Below are positions 58,734-64,000 of a DNA stretch of 64,000 bases, in pieces; position 1 is the stretch's first letter; every line of letters starts with the position of its first letter. The position numbers and the translations under genes are program-made. This DNA is from Rebecca billardiae RCC1528 (Eukaryota > Protista > Haptophyta): positions 186,001 through 250,000 of the forward strand of contig OZ251252.1 of NCBI GenBank assembly GCA_965240325.2. Reading direction: 5' to 3'. The notes beneath the pieces were generated by a model that made no database searches, was not told the origin of the DNA, and saw only the letters and a program-made list of their open reading frames with translations.

Positions 58734-61000
58734 CACGGTGAACAGAATGGCGGCCAAATGTGTACTTTAGGGTGGCCGCCGAGCGACGCGGGCCGGCGGC
58801 CTAGTAAGAACACTGAGCCGGCGCGGACGGGCACCGACAGGTGCGCAACCACCCAATACATGCTTCAGACACCGCTCACCAGCCCCTGCCACCTCGTCTC
58901 CTCGTCTGTTACTGCCCGCGACACGCGCAAATGTCATCTCAATCCGCCCTGCGTCGCGCGACCGCGCGGCCGCGCGCGCATGCGGTGCGCAGGCGTCAGA
59001 TGGCGGAGGTGGAGATGCGGTGCGACGCGCATGGACGATCTCGCGCAGACGCACCTCGCTCGCAGGCCCGCTGCCACTGGATGCGCCCGGCTGCACCGTC
59101 TTGCTGCGCGCAGTCGCAGCCGGCCGTTCTTGTCGACGGTGTTGGTGCGCTTCTTCATGATCTTGCCCACGATCACCTGCTTGGCGGCCTGCTCGACGCG
59201 GCCAGCTCGCGGCATGCTCGTGCCGCGCCTGTTCGAGCTCAGCCCGCCCGGCCGGCACGCGCGGTCGCGGAACGTGTTGCCGATGATCTTGCCGTCGTGC
59301 TCAGACCCACCCTTGTGTGCTCGCGTTGTGCAGCGCGCCGCCGAGTCGCACGATGGCGCGAAGGGCGATGGCGACGACCACGTGCGGGTAGCACGCGACC
59401 GTGCTCGTCCACCGCTTGAGCTCGCGCGCATAGGCGCACCAGGCGTTGAGCGCAGCAAGAACCATCACCTTCACCTCCGCGGCGGTCGTCGGACGCCGCC
59501 GACGAGTTCGCGCACCGCGCGTGAGCTGCGGCTGCTGCGGTGCCTGAGCAGCGTTGGCGTAGCCCTCGCACGGCACGATGGCGTCACGCGCGTGCTGCAT
59601 CCTCTGCTGGGCGTGGCCCTGGCCCTGGCGGTACCTGGCCGCACGCGGTGGGCACTACGACCTCGTCGTGTCCACTTTGCGTCTGCCGACGGCTCGGTCC
59701 ACCGACTGATCACGAGTCAGCCCTGGCTGGGCTCCGCGGCCTTGCAGCGCCACTGCTGTGCGACGATCGCATCGATATATGACTCACAGCGACTCACGCG
59801 TACGTGTGTCGTAGTAGTATGGCAGCGTCATGCAGGGCATCAGACGACTGATGACGAGGCCTCCTGCCCGAAGCGCACGGGCCCGCGGAGGGTGCTGAAA
59901 GTCGAAAGACATGCTATGCATGATTGGCTCGTCCGGACGCGCGCATCCGATCACGCTGCTCGTCGCGCCCAGATTCCGCGCGCTGCTCGCCATGATGACG
60001 ATGCGATCGAACGAACGAAGCACGGACTCCTGCAGGCCGAGGTGCTCAACGGCGCGCTTACTGCGTCGGCGACAGGATCCTCCATCAGCTCCCGCCCCTG
60101 TCGCAGCAGGGCACGGCTTAGGGTCACACCCGCTGATGGCCCTCCCCGCCTCGAGCTGCATCCACGAGCGCACATCAGAAAGTGCGCGCTCGCGATCGCC
60201 CACATCAGAGAGCGCATCACTCCCGACGCTCACCCCGGCGGTACGATGTAGCCCGGTGGGGCGCTGATCGCTGCCATCAGCTTCGCCGCCACGCCGCTGT
60301 CCATCCTCGGGATCTGGTGCTCTGCGAGTTGGCCAGTGTCGAGCTGCGCTGCTCACCACGCGCCCGCCCTCAGATTGATCCGGCGCGCAACGAAAGAGAA
60401 GAGAGAGCTGCACTGCCGAGCGAACGGCGCGGCCTCGTATCGCACCTGGTACTGCTCCGGCAGCGTTCTGTCACCCGCCGCGGCCTTCGGCGCCTCCTGC
60501 TGGTGCTTCAGCTTGAGTTGCGGCGACTGCACCATATCACCTCTGCGCGAGCGCGCCGGAGAGGTCGCGCAGCAGGGGACATCGCGCGAGATTGGCCGGT
60601 CAATGCCGGTTCCAAATTCAAGGGAGGGTGCGCACATGTGTCTCCCTCCCATTCGGCCCCTTTCGCGAGACATCGACCGAAGGTTTTCGGGACGCCGCGC
60701 ATCTGCGCGCGCGAGGTGGCATGACAGCCGCTCACCGCAGGCATCGTCAGCAGCTTGCTGCCACGCGCGTTGTAGCGCCGCTTCGTCTTCTCGACCGAGT
60801 TCGGGGATGCAGTGGGTCGTGTCACCCGCCTCGCCGTCTTGGTCTGCTCTCTCGAGATCGAGTGTGACGTCGGTCATGGACACCTGATGGGCGGGCACTG
60901 AGGGATGGCGGCGGGCCGCCGCAATCCGCCATCTTGCCCTTCGTGTCCGCTCGAGGGGGGCTTCTAAAGTACACATTTTGAGGTCATTCTGTTCACTGTG
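58734..61000 (-). mobile_element. Degenerate Tc1/mariner-superfamily DNA transposon (plant-mariner-like) with a transposase pseudogene
   Basis: 37-bp TIRs at 58734-58770 and 60964-61000 (32/37 match), flanked by TA at 58732-33 and 61001-02. Frameshifted minus-strand remnants KVMVLAA and DGKII...SNRRGT resemble the plant mariner KVMFLAA..FDGKIG..SxNRxxGT motifs. Confidence 0.85.
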
Positions 61001-61163
61001 TACATAATAAGATCAGAGAGTAGTTCGTCCGCGCGGGCCAGCGGCGCGTGCGGACCGAGTTACCCGCTAGCGTGCGTAGTGGAACCGTGACGCGGCAGCT
61101 GAAGCACTGCTAGCAGCAGAGCGCCGACGCAGACGATGACCTAGCCACTGCGCGACGCACGCC

Positions 61164-61377
<214 letters not shown>

Positions 61378-61625
61378 TTGTGACGAGATAATAAGTAAGG
61401 AGCTGCTCGCGAGGCGACCTCGCCGTGCCAGACAAGAGTACACGGTACGCAAATAAGTGCCCGCCGCAATGCCTGCTCGCGCTGCGCTTTGGTGACTGCC
61501 TCGGGTGTGAAGTCACCCCGCCTCCTTGGACCGTGATACTAGATACACGTGCCCTAGTAATGAATCCAATCGCAAGGAATTGACGAAATGTCGCGCGCCA
61601 TGGCTGGCCGCACTGGCCGTGCCGC

Positions 61626-63120
61626 TCACCGCGTCGGCGGCGTTCCGTGCTGCTGCCGCCGCGCGAGCCACTCCGCGCGCTGGCGCTCGAACGGCGAGGG
61701 CACGCCCGCAGGCAGCGCGATCGTCGAGTCGTTCCACCCGACGCGCACGTACCGCTGCTTGTACACGCGCGCGCTCGTCAGCCGGTGCTGCGCCGCCTCC
61801 TCGCAGTACACCGGTGGGCGCCACGGCCGCTCGGCCGCCTTCTCGGCGAGCACGCCCGAGTGCTCGAGCTGGTGGTAGTGGTTAACGCGCGCGACGGTGA
61901 GCTCGGGCATCACGCATGCGGGGCGCGCCCGGTCCTCCGGCGCGTGGTTGTTCAGCTGCGTGCGCACATGCCGCGCCGGCCGGAGCACGTACTTGCCGCC
62001 GACGCAATTCTTGGGCGTCTTGAACGGGTTGGGCACGCAGATGTACAGCATGCGCGCGAGCAGCGCGGTGCTGCCCGCCTCGGCGGCGGGGACGCAGACG
62101 GAGGTGAGCACGTCCGCGAACTGCAGCCCCAGCGCGCCCGTCTCCGCCGGCACGCGCGCGAGCAGCGCGCCGAGCGGCCGTCTGTGCACCCACACGATTT
62201 CGTCAATGTCCACATAGAGCAGCCACGCGGAGGCAGCATGGCGGCGGTAGAGGCAGTCGTACGAGGCGAGCTTCTGGTGGAACGCCCACGTGCGGTACGG
62301 CCCGTGCAGCGCCACCGCCTCCACCGAGCCCAGCGGCTGCTCAGAAATCACGGCGCCGAGATCGGGCCGAGCCGCGCCGTACGCGCGCGCGTCGCTGGCG
62401 GCCGCGCCGGTGGCGGCGGCGCTCGTGCCGTGGTCGTGCATGGTGAAGTGCGTAACGCCGTGCGCGCGGTGCGTGCCAAACCACTCCCGCACGAACTGCG
62501 TGTGCACCGAGTCGCCTGCGGGCCGGCGCGGCGCGCGCCTGCTCAGCTGGGGCCGGTGGCCGGGTGCCGCGCGCTGCGCGCGCTCGCGCGCGCGCACCGA
62601 AGACGCGCGTGCACACGGAGAGGTGTGCACGCTCTGTCGGCGGGTAGCTGGCGTACGGCACGTCCATCTGCGCGCCGCCGAGCACCAGCCGCACGTGCGG
62701 CGAGGGCGCGGGCCGGCGCGCACGCCCGGTCGCGGCCGGCGCCGTGCAGACGATCACCACCGCCTTGTGCAGGGCGATGCGCGGGTTGGCGATGCGGCCC
62801 TCCGTGTCGGCGAGGACGAGGGCGCGCGGGCCCACCGCGTACGCGCCCGACGCGTCGGGGAAGAGGCAGCGTGGCCACGTCGTGAGCAGCCAGTGCTGCT
62901 CCACGAGCCCGTGGCCCAGACCGGCGATCGCGACGTCGCCGGTCGGGCGGCCGTCCTCGGCGTGCAGGGCGTGCGCGGAGAAGACGACGAAGTCGCCCGA
63001 GCCTGTTGTCTGCGCGCCCCAGCGGTGCAGCGCGAAGTCCGTGCGCTTGAACACGCTGCGGTCGACGATGGGCTGGCCGGCCAGCAACGCACCCAGTAGT
63101 AGCGAGTGCCATGCCGCCAT
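61626..63120 (-). CDS. Glycosyltransferase family 92 / DUF23-like protein
   Basis: Signal anchor and intron 62597-62516. LSVCTRVFG..FVREWFGTHRAHGVTHFTMHD, DCLYR..WLLYVDIDEI (DxD), VNHY. Confidence 0.82.
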
Positions 63121-63263
63121 GCTTACAATACTGTAGGTGTTTTCTTGTTTTCGTGTTTTTCTTTTCATCCCGCCGCGGAGGACGTCGCGACGAATAAAAA
63201 AAGCCAGTTCGTGCCCCCATCGTGGCGCGCGAACGCGGCTCGGTCGTGTTCGCGGCACTGGCC

Positions 63264-64000
63264 ATGGGACCGCTGCTGCGCTGCGCCAGCCTGCTCGCCC
63301 TCGCCGCGTGCGCGGCGAGCACGGGCGTCGGGGCGGGCTCGGCGACGCCGCGGCACCAGCGGTGCGCGGCCGCCCGGCCGCACCTCCATGCGCCGACCGA
63401 CCGAGGCGCGCTGCACACCTCGCGGCTGCTTGCGCTGCGCGGCGGCGAATCAAGCGCGGCCGCGGCCGTGCAGGCTGCGCCGGCGAGCGCGAGCGCGGGC
63501 GTGGGCGAGGGTGCGCAGAGCGCCGCGGCACCCGCGATCAGCCTGGACGCGCTCAAGGTGTGCGCTGCGCCGCGCCTCGAGTGGCGCCGCGCTCGCTGCC
63601 ATGCCGCGCCCGCGCGCCTCGCGCTGAGCGCGCGCGCGCGTGCGCCCTGCGCCGTGCTCGCAGGCGCGCATCGCGGCGGTGCTGCTGTGGGAAAACGTGC
63701 TCGTCTCCGGTGCGGCATTCGCTCTGGGCAATGCGCTCTTCGCGCTGGTGCTGCTCGCGAAATGGTCGCCGCTCAGGTCCGCCGCACCGCGCCGCGCCGC
63801 GCGCACGCCGCGCGCTCTCCGCCTCCGTCACGCGCCGGCGGCGCCCGGGGCCCGCCCGCGCTCCGCGCAGCCTGGCAAGCCGGCTACTCTTCCTGGCGAT
63901 CATGGCGGGCTTCTTGTACACGACGTTCTCCAAGTTCCTCGTCGGCTTCCTCGGCCCCGACATTGTGAAGAAGCCCACCCTCGGCGGAGATTACATCTCG
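63264..64000 (+). CDS. Reticulon-domain protein with N-terminal signal peptide and LRGG motif (partial)
   Basis: After introns 63558-63663 and ~63777-63870 the frame reads RIAAVLLWENVLVSGAAFALGNALFALVLLAKWSPLSLASRLLFLAIMAGFLY. Confidence 0.7.

Noticed and set aside
61027-61070. Helitron 3' end (hairpin + CTAG)
   Set aside because: It is not followed by T, and no matching 5' end or RepHel remnant was found.

Overview
Very GC-rich, gene-dense eukaryotic DNA with short GC-rich GT-AG introns. It looks like a microalga, probably a Pavlovales/Diacronema-like haptophyte (inference from style only). About 20 protein-coding genes can be supported: two CaCA/NCKX-type exchangers, a G-patch/R3H/XTBD RNA-processing protein, an SGNH hydrolase, an EXPERA membrane protein, an EsV-1-7 repeat protein, a Sel1-MYND protein, a PH-domain protein, an EF-hand protein, a thioredoxin, a TM-LRR protein, a TPR protein, an Hpt protein, a sulfotransferase, an LtrA-like protein, Sua5, an ankyrin protein, GT92 and a reticulon. 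TE-like regions lie between them, including a complete degenerate mariner-type element with TIRs and a TA target duplication. Three observations stand out. (1) An NCKX-type Na+/Ca2+-K+ exchanger carries an intact S1-S4 voltage-sensor domain in its central loop. (2) A 1.23-kb non-coding element at 9309-10542 has the layout hairpin-core-hairpin-inverted core-hairpin, with TG..CA ends, a 5-bp target duplication and back-to-back tRNA-derived Pol III boxes. (3) A 100-aa precursor-like peptide has two acidic leader + His/Cys core repeats. Most long ORFs in the supplied track are GC-driven antisense or off-frame shadows. All domain calls come from motif recognition by eye, with no database searches.
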